The position numbers and the translations under genes were made by a program. The notes under the pieces were generated by a model, which saw only the letters and a list, made by a program, of their open reading frames with translations, was not told the DNA's origin and ran no database searches. DNA of 59,378 nucleotides, the filler included. It is 5 parts of 5 records of this genome, joined end to end, with 100 filler letters (N's around TTAATTAATTAA, not from the genome) between each part and the next. Parts side by side here need not be neighbours in the genome. Positions count along the whole stretch, not along the records: positions 23,173 to 44,348 come from SRR20825019_1339; 4 more parts are not named here. The stretch is one strand, 5' to 3'. This document shows positions 23,625-33,696 of this stretch, one piece after another. The stretch's first letter is position 1; the number at the start of each line of letters is the position of its first letter.

Positions 23625-23715
23625 AAAAAAATTTCTATCTTACCACCGTTTTCTTCCCGAGCGGAAGGAAACTTTCCAGCAGCATACCCCAATAATCTTA
23701 CTAAAACCTATTTAA

Positions 23716-26567
23716 ATGAAAAGAATGAAATTAGCATTCCTTTTTGTGCTGTTGGTATCGTTTACAGGAATGGCACAAGAGGTAACAGGAACCGTTTACG
23801 ACGACCAAAACGTACCCTTACCGGGAGCTTCGGTCCAAGTTAAAGGAACAACCACGGGAGCCATCACCGACTTTGATGGCAACTATTCCATTGAAGCTAG
23901 CACCGGAGACATCTTGGTATTTTCCTACGTCGGATTCAACACGCAAGAAGCGACCGTAACCGGCAACGCATTAGACGTTACACTACAAGCCGGACTCGAA
24001 CTGGAAAATGTTGTAGTGGTTGGATCCAGAAACGCCAACCGAACCTCTACCGACTCGCCAGTGCCCGTCGATGTGCTGGATGTAACAGAACTGGTACAAT
24101 CCGCCCCGCAGGTCACGGTCACCGAAATCCTGAACTATGCGGCACCGTCGTTCACTTCCAATCCACAGACCATTTCTGACGGTACGGACCATATTGCCCA
24201 CGCTGCTTTGCGCGGACTCGGGCCTGACCAAGTATTGGTTCTCATCAACGGAAAAAGAAGGCACAAAACAGGACTGGTCAACGTAAACGGAACATTTGGT
24301 CGGGGAAGTGTCGGTACCGACATGACCACCATTCCTTCCAACTCCATCTCCAGAATCGAGATTCTTAGGGACGGTGCTGCCGCCCAGTATGGTTCCCATG
24401 CCATTGCAGGGGTCATCAATATCGTTTTGAAGAATACCGTGAACGAATTGCAGGTAGATGTAAACACAGGTGCCCATTTTACCAGCGAACACAGTCCACA
24501 AAAGAAAATCGATGGTGAAAAAGTAAGTCTGGGACTGAATTACGGATTGCCTATTGGAAAAGATGGTGGGTTTATCAACTTTACCGGTAATTTTAACCAC
24601 CGCGGATGGACCAACCGTATGCAGGAATGGGAAGGTTCTATTTTTAATAGCTATAATTCCATAGAAAGGGTTGCTGCCGCCGATAATTATGATACATCCT
24701 TACTACTAGATGATGATTTGGCAGATATATTTCAGTATGCATCAGCTGCTGGAATTGCTCTGAACGGAAATGAAACCAAAGAAGAACTTCAAGGTATTCT
24801 GAATGCAGACGTCACCGAATCTGAATTGTTGGCCAGGGGTTTACAACGAAGTGATTTCAACATGCGAGTCGGTCAATCCAAGTTGAGGGGCGCCCAGTTC
24901 TTTGCCAACCTTTCCATTCCGTTGGATGAAAACTTGGAGATTTATGGGTTTGGCGGTCTAAGCTTTAAAAATGGTAATGCAGGTGGTTTTTACCGCTTGC
25001 CCAACCAGTCGCGAACCTATTCCCCCGCCTATCCAAATGGTTTTTTGCCGGAAATCAATTCAAATATTGTTGACAAATCCGCAGCATTCGGAATCAAGGG
25101 AATGATTGGGGATTGGAATGCAGACTTTAGCAATTCCTATGGAAAAAACGAATTTATGTATCGGGTCACCAACTCCAATAATGCCTCATTGACAAACTCA
25201 ACTCCGTTTGAAGCTAATTCAGGAGGTTTCAATTACAATGAAAACACTACAAATTTTGATCTGAGCCGTTTCTACGAGGACACCATGGCAGGCTTGAACA
25301 TAGCTTTTGGCGCCGAGTACCGTGTGGAAAACTATGCAATCGTGGCAGGAGAGGAAGCCTCGTACACTCAATACAACACATTGGGAAATCCCCATGATCC
25401 CACAGACCCGGACTCGGTAGTGCCAACAGACTTTTTTGGCAGTTCACGACCTGGAGGTATTCAGGTATTCCCCGGGTTTAAACCGGATAATGAAGTGAAC
25501 GCTTTCAGAAATACCATTGCCGGATATTTTGATGTGGAAGCCGATTTCACCGAATCCATTTTACTCAGTGGAGCGGTCAGGTATGAAAACTTCTCCGATT
25601 TTGGGGGAACCTTGAACTTTAAGGTGGCCACAAGATTGAAAATTTCGGAAAACTTTAATTTTCGAGGTGGTGGACAAACTGGTTTTAGGGCTCCCTCCTT
25701 GCACCAGATTCATTATAGCTCCACCTCTACTCTTTTTGTAGACGGGATTCCCAATGAAGTTGGTATTTTTCCAAACACCTCCAGAGTTGCCCGATTGTTG
25801 GGCATTGAACCTTTGAAAGAAGAAACTTCGGTAGGTGCCACAGCTGGATTCACAGCAAGAGTGCCCAGTGCCAACCTAAAGTTTACCTTGGACGGATTTC
25901 TCATCAACATAGATGACCGTGTAATCCTCACAGGTCAGTTCGATGATAACGGAAATGCCGAGTTGGCCAATCTTTTCCAACAGGCCAATGCCACACAGGC
26001 TGCTTTCTTTGCAAACTCTGTGGATACCCAGACCAGAGGTTTGGATTTTGTAGTCGACCACAAAGCGAACATCTCGGACAATGTTTCACTGACCAACACT
26101 TTGGCCATGACGGTATCCGAAACAACTGTAGAAAAAGTAAAAGTTCCCGAGGCAATCGCCGATGCAGGGCTGAGCGACACCTATTTCGACCCAACAAGCA
26201 GAATCTATTTGGAATCTGCAGTGCCCAACACCAAAGGAAATCTATCCCACAACGTAAAAGTTGGGGACAATTGGAGCTTCTTTTTGCGAAACGGGTATTT
26301 TGGCGAAGTGAGGGAAGCTACCAATGAAGAAGACCCTACCATCGACTATACATTTGGGGCAAAATTGTGACCGATCTGACCATTGGCTTCAATTTTACCG
26401 AAAGTGCAACATTCACCATTGGAGCCAATAACCTTTTGGATGTTTATCCGGACGAGAACGATCCTGCTTTTAGATCGGAGGGTAGGTTTATCTACTCAAG
26501 GAGGTCTGTTCAATTTGGACAGAACGGAAGATACGTCTTTGGCAGATTGACCTTCAAGATCAAATAA
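23716..26567 (+). CDS. TonB-dependent receptor with N-terminal carboxypeptidase-like domain, interrupted by a 1-nt frameshift near 26361
   Basis: PLPGASVQVKGT..TDFDGNY, plug LRGLGPDQVLVLINGKRRH and AIAGVINIVLK, GFRAPSL. The terminal strands (IGANNLLDVYPD...GRYVFGRLTF) are in the next frame, 26367-26567. Confidence 0.88.
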
Positions 26568-26598
26568 ACCAATCACTTTTCTAATTATTTTTCATATT

Positions 26599-26628
26599 GA
26601 AGCCCCATCACGGGGCTTCTTTATTTTT
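26599..26628 (+). terminator. Intrinsic terminator/hairpin
   Basis: GAAGCCCC-ATCAC-GGGGCTTC followed by a T-rich tract. Confidence 0.7.
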
Positions 26629-26662
26629 ATCTTTTAACAAAAAAGCATAGCTTAGAACCCCA

Positions 26663-28093
26663 ATGGAACTAAGCAAAAAAATTGGGTTGGTCCTAGGGCC
26701 GGTCGTCTTTCTTGTATTGAACTTGTTGCCTTTTGAAATCGTTTCGGAAAAGGGCGACCCCGTAATATCGGTTGCGGCATGGATGCTGATATGGTGGATT
26801 ACCGAAGCTGTCTCCATATCCGTTACCGCACTCCTTCCCTTACTTTTGTTACCTATTTTAAAGATTCTGCCCATTGCAGAGGTTGGTGCCAATTATGGTA
26901 GTCCCATTGTATTCCTGTTCTTTGGAGGTTTTGTGATGGCACTTGCGCTTGAAAAGGTAAACCTGCACCGAAGGATTGCCCTGAACATTATTAGGCTCAC
27001 TGGAACCACTCCAAACAAGGTGATTTTGGGTTTTATGATCGCCACCGCAACTTTGAGCATGTGGATCAGCAATACGGCAAGTACGGTGGTAATGCTGCCT
27101 ATTGCCATTTCAGTCATCAATCTATTGATCAACGACGAGGATGGCTTTACCAAGAGTGATCAAAATTTTGCGCTTTGCGTGATGCTCGGCATCGCCTTTT
27201 CTGCCAATGCAGGTGGCATTGCCACGGTAATCGGCACACCACCGAACTCGGTTTTGATAGGGCTATTGGAAAATGAATACAATACGGAAATATCTTTTTT
27301 AAAGTGGATGACCATAGGTTTGCCTTTCTCCATCATTATGATAGGGATTTGCTATTTGGTCCTAGTAAAATGGATGTTCCCCAACAAAGATTTGAAGTTC
27401 AGTGCCTCCAAGGAAGTCATCAAAGTTGAACTGGAAAAATTGGGCCCTACCTCCGGAAAGGAAAAGATGGTTTTGGCAATTTTTGCCGTAACGGTTTTCC
27501 TATGGATTTTCAGGACCTTGATCAATAACATCTTTCCAAGCTTGGGGCTTACGGATACCATGATAAGTATTTTTGCGGCAATCGCTCTTTTTGCCATTCC
27601 CTATAACATGAAAAAGGGGGATTTCATCATTACTTGGAAAGATACTTCCAAACTGGCATGGGGAATTCTAATCCTTTTTGGTGGAGGGCTCGCTTTAGCA
27701 CAAGGGATGTCGACCAGCGGTATCGTGGATATGGTAGCCAACACCATAGCACAGAGCGAAATAAGTGTTTTGTTCACCGCTGCATTATTGATATTCTTAA
27801 TGCTTTTTATGACAGAATTGATGAGCAATGTGGCCCTTGTGGCAGTTTTGGCGCCCGTAGTGGCCGGTATCGCCATTGGTCTGGATATCCCCATGCTCCA
27901 CCTGTTGATACCTGTTACCATTGCCAGTAGTTGTGCATTTATGCTGCCCATGGCAACACCGCCCAACGCTATTGTATTTGCCAGTGGTTATGTAAAAATT
28001 CCGGAAATGGCACGGGTTGGTGTTATCCTGAATCTGATAGCAGTTGTTTTACTTATTTTGGTTTTCCAGTTTGTGATTCCGCTATTGTTTTAA
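26663..28093 (+). CDS. SLC13/DASS family sodium:anion symporter
   Basis: Many TM helices, SMWISNTAST, GTPPN, TELMSNVA, FMLPMATPPNAIVF. Confidence 0.92.
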   Translation: MELSKKIGLVLGPVVFLVLNLLPFEIVSEKGDPVISVAAWMLIWWITEAVSISVTALLPLLLLPILKILPIAEVGANYGSPIVFLFFGGFVMALALEKVNLHRRIALNIIRLTGTTPNKVILGFMIATATLSMWISNTASTVVMLPIAISVINLLINDEDGFTKSDQNFALCVMLGIAFSANAGGIATVIGTPPNSVLIGLLENEYNTEISFLKWMTIGLPFSIIMIGICYLVLVKWMFPNKDLKFSASKEVIKVELEKLGPTSGKEKMVLAIFAVTVFLWIFRTLINNIFPSLGLTDTMISIFAAIALFAIPYNMKKGDFIITWKDTSKLAWGILILFGGGLALAQGMSTSGIVDMVANTIAQSEISVLFTAALLIFLMLFMTELMSNVALVAVLAPVVAGIAIGLDIPMLHLLIPVTIASSCAFMLPMATPPNAIVFASGYVKIPEMARVGVILNLIAVVLLILVFQFVIPLLF

Positions 28094-28097
28094 ACTA

Positions 28098-28127
28098 AAA
28101 ATGCCCCTCCGGGCGGAAGGGCATTTT
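28098..28127. terminator. Bidirectional terminator
   Basis: AAAATGCCC-CTCCGGGCGGAA-GGGCATTTT. Confidence 0.75.
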
Positions 28128-28210
28128 CACAAACTAACTAACTCAAAAAAATGTAAGAAACTAACTCAAACTAACGCTTTGACCCTTAGCAAGCAAAGCG
28201 TAACTCTTTG
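28098..28210 (-). ncRNA. Candidate small RNA (5' hairpin, repeated UUUGAGUUAGUU, terminator)
   Basis: Minus-strand TAACTTTG -7 box (28218-28225), hairpin ACGCTTTG..CAAAGCGT (28174-28201), two AACTAACTCAAA copies on + (28136-28147, 28159-28170), terminator 28098-28127, and no substantial ORF. Confidence 0.5.
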
Positions 28211-28477
28211 TTAGGTACAAAGTTATAACCCTTTTTTGTGAAGATTATTATAATTAGTCTTTTGTTAACTTCACAATAAGAACCCAAAAGGTCTATCCTT
28301 TTTTACAGTTTTCGCCATTTGCTGAAGTAATTTTATCAAAACATCCAAATGGCTGAATTATCCATACAATAACAGCTATTTTGCTACAAATACCAATGCC
28401 ATATATACTGGTGTTATTTTTTTGTTAACCAGTCACTTATTGGATTTTCTTAACAAAAGAATGGTCTTGTGAAAACA

Positions 28478-28501
28478 AAAACCCCTCGATCGAGGGGTTT
28501 T
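28478..28501 (-). terminator. Terminator of the repeat-protein gene
   Basis: Perfect palindrome AAAACCCCTCGATCGAGGGGTTTT. Confidence 0.75.
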
Positions 28502-28538
28502 CATAGCTAACTCAAATAAGTTGTAAAATGAGAACATT

Positions 28539-29261
28539 TTACTGCATTGACCCTGAGTATGGATCAAAATTTTCAGGGAGATACTTGGAAGTATCAAAAC
28601 CCAGTTCCATATCTTCTTCCTCCATGTAGTTTACCGAAGTGATGGCTATTAGATCCGTGTAAGGATCAAAACCTTCTGGCAACAAATACTCGCTATTGAT
28701 TCCCAATACAAGTTCGGTTTCTTCCTCCAAGTAAGAAATCGACTTTAAATCCACATACATCTCGTAAGGAGAAAAGCCTTCTGGCAAGTAATCCTTGGCA
28801 TCAAAACCTAGATCCATATCCTCTTCCTCCATATAGTTGATGGAATGTACATCCACCACATCCGTGTAAGGATTGAAATTCTCCGGCAAGTATTTTTGGA
28901 CATCAAAGCCCAAAGAAGAATCAACATTATTTTCGAGGTATATGATGGAATTCAAATCAAAATAGCTTTTGTAGGGGTTAAAACCTTCTGGAAGATAATC
29001 CGCAGTATCAAAACCTAGATGTACCTCTGGCTCTTCCTCCAAATACACTATTTCATTTAAATTCAATTCATACCAGGCATAATCTGCCATTTCTGAAGTT
29101 GAATTGTTTAACTCAGCACTGATGCTCAACGTGGTTAAACTGTTTTCTAAACTACCCGGTGTCTCGGACTGTACCTGGACAACCTTGGTATTTTGTTGGT
29201 CGTTGGCTATGGCTGTACTACTCAATAATACACTACCATAAATTAATAATAACTTGTTCAT
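28539..29261 (-). CDS. Secreted acidic protein with five tandem ~35-aa repeats
   Basis: Signal peptide from MNKLLL (29261); five copies of SI.Y(L/M)EE(x5-6)LGFD...YLPE(G/N)F.PY. Confidence 0.85.
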   Translation of the reverse strand: MNKLLLIYGSVLLSSTAIANDQQNTKVVQVQSETPGSLENSLTTLSISAELNNSTSEMADYAWYELNLNEIVYLEEEPEVHLGFDTADYLPEGFNPYKSYFDLNSIIYLENNVDSSLGFDVQKYLPENFNPYTDVVDVHSINYMEEEDMDLGFDAKDYLPEGFSPYEMYVDLKSISYLEEETELVLGINSEYLLPEGFDPYTDLIAITSVNYMEEEDMELGFDTSKYLPENFDPYSGSMQ

Positions 29262-29527
29262 TTTTTGATTGAATTTTGTGATTGATGATATGCTTATAAG
29301 ACTGACCAAAACCGAAAATGTTACAGTCTTTAGGAAATTTTCACAAATTCCAAACGCCCGTTAAGCCCAGTTATACGGGGCGATTTCCTCCAAACCCTCA
29401 GTAAAAGGCAGGACTCCCAAAGGTTGAGACATAGCGTTAAAAAAACAGCTGTTAATATTTATTTAACAGTTAAATCTCACGAATTTTAGGTTCTTTGAAT
29501 CTTCATAGTTATTCAAACGGACATATA

Positions 29528-32029
29528 ATGATCAAAAATTTACTACCTCGACTACTTGTAGTCTTTATTTTATTGGGTACCGTTCAAAACATTGACGCCC
29601 AACTTTTCAAAAAGAAAAAGAAACAGACGGAACAACAAAAGGAGGACAAATCCAAACCTGGTGATATAAAACCTTATGATAAGGTCATCACCAAGGATGC
29701 AAAGACCGACGAAGGTCTCTTCCGTGTGCATACTGTAGATGACAAACGTTACTACGAAATTCCAGACTCCCTGTTCAATCGTGAGATGTTAATGGTGAGC
29801 CGAATCTCCAAAACAGCCACAGGCATCGGTTTTGGTGGCGGAAAAATCAATACACAGGTACTACGCTGGGAAAAAAAGGACAAAAAGGTATTGGTGCGAG
29901 TTGCGTCTTATGAAAATGTAGCGGCAGATTCACTTCCGGTGCACGAAGCAGTGGTAAACTCAAACTTTGAACCTGTACTTTTCTCTTTCGACATCAAGGC
30001 TATCAACAAAAAAGATTCCTTGAACCCTGCAACGGTAATCGAAATCGATCCTATGTTTACCGATGACGTAAAGGCCCTTGGATTTCCCGATGGATACCGA
30101 AAAAGATACAAGGTTACCAGAATGGACGGGGATCGCAGCTACATTGAATCCATCAAAAGTTACCCTTTGAATATTGAGGCAAGACACGTAAAAACATACT
30201 TGTCCAACGAACCGCCAAGCAACTCCAGTTTGGGATCCATTTCTTTGGAGATCAATAATTCCATGATTTTATTGCCAAAAGAACCCATGAAACGCCGTTA
30301 TTTTGACAGACGTGTAGGATGGTTTGCCAGAGGACAAGTGGATTACGGACTTGATGCACAGGAAAGCAAAACCGTTACCTACCTAGATCGATGGAGACTC
30401 GAGGTCAAGGATGAGGACATTGAAAAATACAAGGCAGGAGAATTGGTGGAACCTAAGAAACCTATTGTGTACTATGTGGACAGGGCCACTCCCAAAGAAT
30501 GGGTTCCATACATAAAACAAGGTATTGAAGATTGGCAAGTAGCTTTTGAAGCAGCAGGTTTTAAAAATGCCATTATTGCCAAAGACCCACCATCTCCTGA
30601 AGAAGACCCAGAGTGGTCTCCCGAGGATGTTAGGTATTCTGTGGTTCGTTATTTGGCCTCTCCTATTCCAAACGCCAATGGTCCGCACGTAAGCGACCCA
30701 AGGAGCGGTGAAATTTTGGAATCGGACATTAACTGGTATCACAATGTGATGAGCTTACTACGTGGATGGTATTTTGTGCAAACAGCAGCAATTAATCCAG
30801 ATGCTCAAAAAACTCAGTTCAAAGAAGAAATTATGGGACGCTTGATACGATTTGTATCCTCCCACGAAGTTGGACATACACTTGGATTGCCGCACAACAT
30901 GGGCAGTAGCGTTGCTTACCCCGTTGATTCCTTACGCTCTGCAAGTTTTACCCAAAAATATGGAACGGCTCCATCCATTATGGATTATGCACGTTTCAAC
31001 TATGTTGCCCAACCAGGTGACGAAGGCGTTGCTTTGATGCCCAACATCGGTATCTATGACAAGTATGCTATCAAATGGGGGTATAAGCCAATTTTGGACA
31101 AAACGGCCAAAGAAGAAAAACCTATTTTGAACGATTGGATCCTGGAACATGCCGGAGACCCCATGTACCGATTTGGTCACCAACAGGTAGGCGATATCCA
31201 CGACCCAAGTTCACAAACCGAGGATTTAGGGGATGATGCCATCAAAGCTAGCTTATATGGTATAGAAAACCTAAAGCGAATCGTTCCCAACCTAATGCAG
31301 TGGACCACCGAAGACGGTGAAAACTATGATGACCTTGAAACCATGTATGGCCACGTAGTAGCACAGTTCAGTAGGTATATGGGACATGTATCCAACAATA
31401 TTGGTGGTGTTTATGAATACCACAAAACTGCAGACCAAGAAGGTGCAGTGTACACCTATGTGAGCAAGGAGCATCAAAAGGACGCTATGGAGTTTATGCA
31501 AGAGCAACTCTTTGAGACCCCAGAGTGGTTGATTGACCAAAATATTTTAAATAAGATACAATATTCCGGTTCCATAGAACGAATCCGCGCAACACAAGAA
31601 CGATACTTGAACACCATGTTGCATTTGGGCAAATTGGCCCGAATCATCGAAAATGAAACCTTGAACGGCGATGAAGCTTACGGATTGGTAGAGGTGATGC
31701 GCGACCTTCGCAGGGGAATCTGGTCCGAGACACGAAGTGGAAAAACCATCGACACCTACCGTAGAAATCTTCAAAAGGCACATATTGATCGTTTGGAATA
31801 CTTGATGACTGCCGAAGGTCAAAGTAAACAACCTGATTTTGGCGGTTATAGGAAATCGACTCCTATCAATACAAGTCAGTCGGATATTCGTTCTGTGGCA
31901 CGTGCCGAACTCAACAATCTTAAAAGCGATATCAGAGGTGGTCTTTCCAGAATTTCGGATACCATGAGCCGTTATCATTTGCAAGATGCAATGGAGCGCA
32001 TTGACCTAATTTTGGAGCCTGCGAAATAG
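29528..32029 (+). CDS. Secreted zinc-dependent metalloprotease (metzincin, DUF5117/5118-type)
   Basis: HEVGHTLGLPHN zinc motif, SIMDY Met-turn, DPRSGEILESDI, signal peptide. Confidence 0.92.
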   Translation: MIKNLLPRLLVVFILLGTVQNIDAQLFKKKKKQTEQQKEDKSKPGDIKPYDKVITKDAKTDEGLFRVHTVDDKRYYEIPDSLFNREMLMVSRISKTATGIGFGGGKINTQVLRWEKKDKKVLVRVASYENVAADSLPVHEAVVNSNFEPVLFSFDIKAINKKDSLNPATVIEIDPMFTDDVKALGFPDGYRKRYKVTRMDGDRSYIESIKSYPLNIEARHVKTYLSNEPPSNSSLGSISLEINNSMILLPKEPMKRRYFDRRVGWFARGQVDYGLDAQESKTVTYLDRWRLEVKDEDIEKYKAGELVEPKKPIVYYVDRATPKEWVPYIKQGIEDWQVAFEAAGFKNAIIAKDPPSPEEDPEWSPEDVRYSVVRYLASPIPNANGPHVSDPRSGEILESDINWYHNVMSLLRGWYFVQTAAINPDAQKTQFKEEIMGRLIRFVSSHEVGHTLGLPHNMGSSVAYPVDSLRSASFTQKYGTAPSIMDYARFNYVAQPGDEGVALMPNIGIYDKYAIKWGYKPILDKTAKEEKPILNDWILEHAGDPMYRFGHQQVGDIHDPSSQTEDLGDDAIKASLYGIENLKRIVPNLMQWTTEDGENYDDLETMYGHVVAQFSRYMGHVSNNIGGVYEYHKTADQEGAVYTYVSKEHQKDAMEFMQEQLFETPEWLIDQNILNKIQYSGSIERIRATQERYLNTMLHLGKLARIIENETLNGDEAYGLVEVMRDLRRGIWSETRSGKTIDTYRRNLQKAHIDRLEYLMTAEGQSKQPDFGGYRKSTPINTSQSDIRSVARAELNNLKSDIRGGLSRISDTMSRYHLQDAMERIDLILEPAK

Positions 32030-32054
32030 GCATTTTTAAACAAATAAATCACCT

Positions 32055-32101
32055 GCAAGGTGTGATCGTTGTCGTTCATCGATCACACCTTGCTTTTTTT
32101 T
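32055..32101 (+). terminator. Intrinsic terminator
   Basis: GCAAGGTGTGATCG / CGATCACACCTTGC 14-bp stem followed by T8. Confidence 0.85.
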
Positions 32102-32189
32102 AAGTACGCATCCCTTACAAGTCCTTTCACAACATATACGTGAGATTGCCAGTTGTTTTCACTACTTTAGTAATCCAAATCTCACATTC

Positions 32190-32384
32190 ATGAACTACAA
32201 GACAAAAAGCTTAATCTACTTTTCCTGTTTCGTGGCAGCCTCTACTTCCTACTATTTGATAGAGGAACACGATAAATTTAAAGATGATTTAAATTCCAAA
32301 ACTTACGTTGAGACTCATTTCGAGGATGCAGATGAGTATCCCGATGATTCTGAAAAAACAACCCCCAAGGAAGAGCTCAAGTAA
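32190..32384 (+). CDS. Small hypothetical protein
   Basis: 64 aa with an N-terminal hydrophobic segment and acidic tail, in an otherwise empty gap. Confidence 0.6.
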   Translation: MNYKTKSLIYFSCFVAASTSYYLIEEHDKFKDDLNSKTYVETHFEDADEYPDDSEKTTPKEELK

Positions 32385-32495
32385 TTTTCACAACCCACTT
32401 TTTTACTGTTAAAAGCTTCATAAACTATCTATTGATGATTAAACCTTTTGGACCAAGCAGATGTCCAAGAGACAAATCATTAAAAATTGAACAAT

Positions 32496-32939
32496 ATGAA
32501 GCAATTAGCAATTTTATTGGTTATGCTAACAACAGTGAGCATGGCCGCCCAAAGGCATGATGGTCCCAAAATGCGAAAAGGTCCCAAAATGGACATGACC
32601 GCGGAACAAATGGCCACATTGCAAACAAAACATATGACCTTGGCATTGGACCTAACCGAAAACCAAAAAGACCAAGTATACAAAATCAATTTGGAAAAGG
32701 CCCAGTTTAGAAAGGAAAAATGGGCAGAGATAAAAGCGGCGAAAGAGAGTGGCGAATGGGAAAAACCCACTCCCGAAGAAAGATTTGAAATGGAAAACGC
32801 ACGTTTGGACCGTCAAATCGCAATGCAAGAAAAAATGAGAACAATACTGGACACAGAACAGTATGAGACTTGGAAAAAGTTCTCCAATCGCAAAAAAATG
32901 CATGGCAAGAAAAAAATGCAGGAAAGAAGGAGAAGATGA
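32496..32939 (+). CDS. Periplasmic helical protein, Spy/CpxP/DUF4890-like
   Basis: Signal peptide, LDLTENQK and ILDTEQYETW (LTxxQ-like) motifs. Confidence 0.7.
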   Translation: MKQLAILLVMLTTVSMAAQRHDGPKMRKGPKMDMTAEQMATLQTKHMTLALDLTENQKDQVYKINLEKAQFRKEKWAEIKAAKESGEWEKPTPEERFEMENARLDRQIAMQEKMRTILDTEQYETWKKFSNRKKMHGKKKMQERRRR

Positions 32940-32959
32940 TAGTGTTTTTTGTTGATTTA

Positions 32960-32995
32960 AGAAGCCGCGCCAGCCATGGTCGCGGTTTCTTTTTT
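32960..32995 (+). terminator. Intrinsic terminator
   Basis: AGAAGCCGCG..CGCGGTTTCT followed by a T-tract. Confidence 0.7.
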
Positions 32996-33011
32996 ATATG
33001 CACTTAAAAAT

Positions 33012-33087
33012 TATCTACTATTTTACAGATATATTTTTTTATCTGCTATTTTACAGATATATTTGAATATCTACTAATAAGCAGATA
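33012..33087. promoter_or_regulatory. Three palindromic operator repeats (28-bp period) overlapping the satD promoter
   Basis: TATCT-N10-AGATA starting at 33012, 33040 and 33068; the -7 box TATATTTG is at 33058-33065. Confidence 0.75.
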
Positions 33088-33096
33088 TTTGTCATC

Positions 33097-33696
33097 ATGA
33101 TAGCGATACTCACAGGGGACATTAAAAACTCCTCGGAACACAAGGCCAACAAATGGATGCCCTTATTAAAAGAAGCCTTGGCCAAATACGGTAAAGAACC
33201 CAAGGATTGGGAAATTTATCGCGGTGACAGTTTTCAACTGCAGACCTCACCAGAAAATGCCTTGGAAGCTGCTATCTATATTAAGGCTAGCATCAAACAA
33301 ATTCGTCAGTTGGATGTAAGGATATCCATAGGCTTGGGCGAAAAAAATTATGATTCACCAAAAATCACGGAATCCAACGGCACCGCCTTTATAAACTCCG
33401 GAGAGCGTTTCGAGAACCTCAAAAAACAGAATCTGGGCATTAAAACTCCCAACGAGAAGTTTGATGAGCACATTAATCTACTACTGGAATTGGCCCTTCT
33501 TACCATGGACGATTGGACACCGGCAATCTCCAGAACTGTGCAATGTACCATGGACAACCCAGAAATGAATCAAAAAGAACTGGCATCGTTACTCAACAAA
33601 TCACAAGGGAACATTAGTGAGGAATTGAACAAAGCAGGATTTGATGAAGTCAAAAAAATGATTCATTTTTACAAAGCACAACTCGCAGAATTATGA
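33097..33696 (+). CDS. SatD family protein (nucleotide cyclase-like domain plus C-terminal HTH)
   Basis: IAILTGDIKNS, YRGDSFQ, VRISIGLG, SNGTAF..SG, and the HTH NQKELASLLNKSQGNISEEL. Confidence 0.8.
   Translation: MIAILTGDIKNSSEHKANKWMPLLKEALAKYGKEPKDWEIYRGDSFQLQTSPENALEAAIYIKASIKQIRQLDVRISIGLGEKNYDSPKITESNGTAFINSGERFENLKKQNLGIKTPNEKFDEHINLLLELALLTMDDWTPAISRTVQCTMDNPEMNQKELASLLNKSQGNISEELNKAGFDEVKKMIHFYKAQLAEL

Noticed and set aside
23640-23700. Possible riboswitch ahead of the TonB receptor (GGAAGGAAACTTTCC hairpin)
   Set aside because: Only one short hairpin; no cobalamin, TPP or SAM consensus recognised.
33012-33087. Possible mini-CRISPR array
   Set aside because: 20-nt units with only 8-nt spacers and no cas genes; the position over a promoter fits operators.
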